A stretch of 62,410 bases of DNA, counting the filler. It is 7 parts of 7 records of this genome, joined end to end, with 100 filler letters (N's around TTAATTAATTAA, not from the genome) between each part and the next. Parts side by side here need not be neighbours in the genome. Positions count along the whole stretch, not along the records: positions 54,436 to 62,410 come from SRR31147125_23621; 6 more parts are not named here. One strand, 5' to 3'. The notes beneath the pieces were generated by a model that made no database searches, was not told the DNA's origin, and saw only the letters and a list, made by a program, of their open reading frames with translations. The position numbers were made by a program, and so were the translations under genes. Positions 62,003 to 62,410 of the stretch are shown here, one piece after another. How positions within the stretch are numbered: position 1 is the stretch's first letter; each line of letters begins with the position of its first letter.

Positions 62003-62410
62003 ATGACGGAATATGCAACTTTGACTGTTGACGGGAAGGAATACAAACTCCCGGTCATCGTCGGAAGTGAAGGGGAGAAAGGGATCGATATTCGAAAGCT
62101 GAGGCAAGATACCGGTTTGATTACCTTTGATCCCGGATTTGCCAATACAGGGAGCTGCCAAAGTGCCATTACCTTTATGAGTGGTGAAAAGGGGATTTTG
62201 CGACATCGGGGCTACTCCATCGAACAGCTGGCGGAAAAATCCAACTTTGTGGAAACCGCTTATCTGCTTATTAACGGTGAGCTGCCGGACGGGCCAACCC
62301 TGACGCGTACCACGGTCATGCTCAATGACTTCTCTTTACTTCATGAAGACATGAAGATGTTCTACCAGAGTTTCCCCAGTAAGGCCCATCCCATGGGGAT
62401 TCTCTCGGCC
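62003..62410 (+). CDS. gltA: Citrate synthase (type II), 5' part; absent from the ORF track because it runs off the window
   Basis: AAGGAGG RBS; MTEYATLTVDGKEYKLPV...DPGFANTGSCQSAITF..GEKGILRHRGY.IEQLA....F.E.AYLLI.GELP...AHPMGIL. Confidence 0.93.
   Translation, partial: MTEYATLTVDGKEYKLPVIVGSEGEKGIDIRKLRQDTGLITFDPGFANTGSCQSAITFMSGEKGILRHRGYSIEQLAEKSNFVETAYLLINGELPDGPTLTRTTVMLNDFSLLHEDMKMFYQSFPSKAHPMGILSA

Overview
This window is not one locus. It holds seven unrelated contigs joined by six identical 100-nt spacers (N44-TTAATTAATTAA-N44), so gene context is only valid inside each contig. (A) 1-11246, AT-rich and Clostridia-like: YafY/WYL regulator with a probable target operon, a Gly-rich repeat/Ig-like surface protein, DUF2812-like gene plus decayed duplicate, ppk1. 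(B) 11347-17028: GNAT, secreted GH32-like hydrolase, nfnAB (sudAB). (C) 17129-24711: metallophosphoesterase end, 1768-aa PKD surface protein with a GGC-TM-basic sorting tail, porin-like protein. (D) 24812-38941: BPP-1/T7-type podoviral morphogenesis operon (TerL, portal, scaffold, capsid, cement, adaptor, gp13-16-like). It lacks the nozzle gene at its usual position and has no adjacent small terminase, but has a sigma70-like promoter, an SSB gene and a membrane-protein gene. This is the best candidate for something new: a tail-incomplete particle, GTA-like or satellite-like element. (E) 39042-48990: type II secretion operon gspH-I-J-K-L-M-N-C-D-E plus yidD-like gene. (F) 49091-54335: tandem Bacteroidota-type FtsX/MacB permeases. 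(G) 54436-62410: CoA-disulfide reductase-rhodanese, GntR, TrmB regulator with split saccharopine-pathway genes, FmdB, start of citrate synthase. Single-base indels, mostly in homopolymers, break about a dozen genes and are most likely sequencing errors. All product calls come from motif recognition and synteny; no searches were run.
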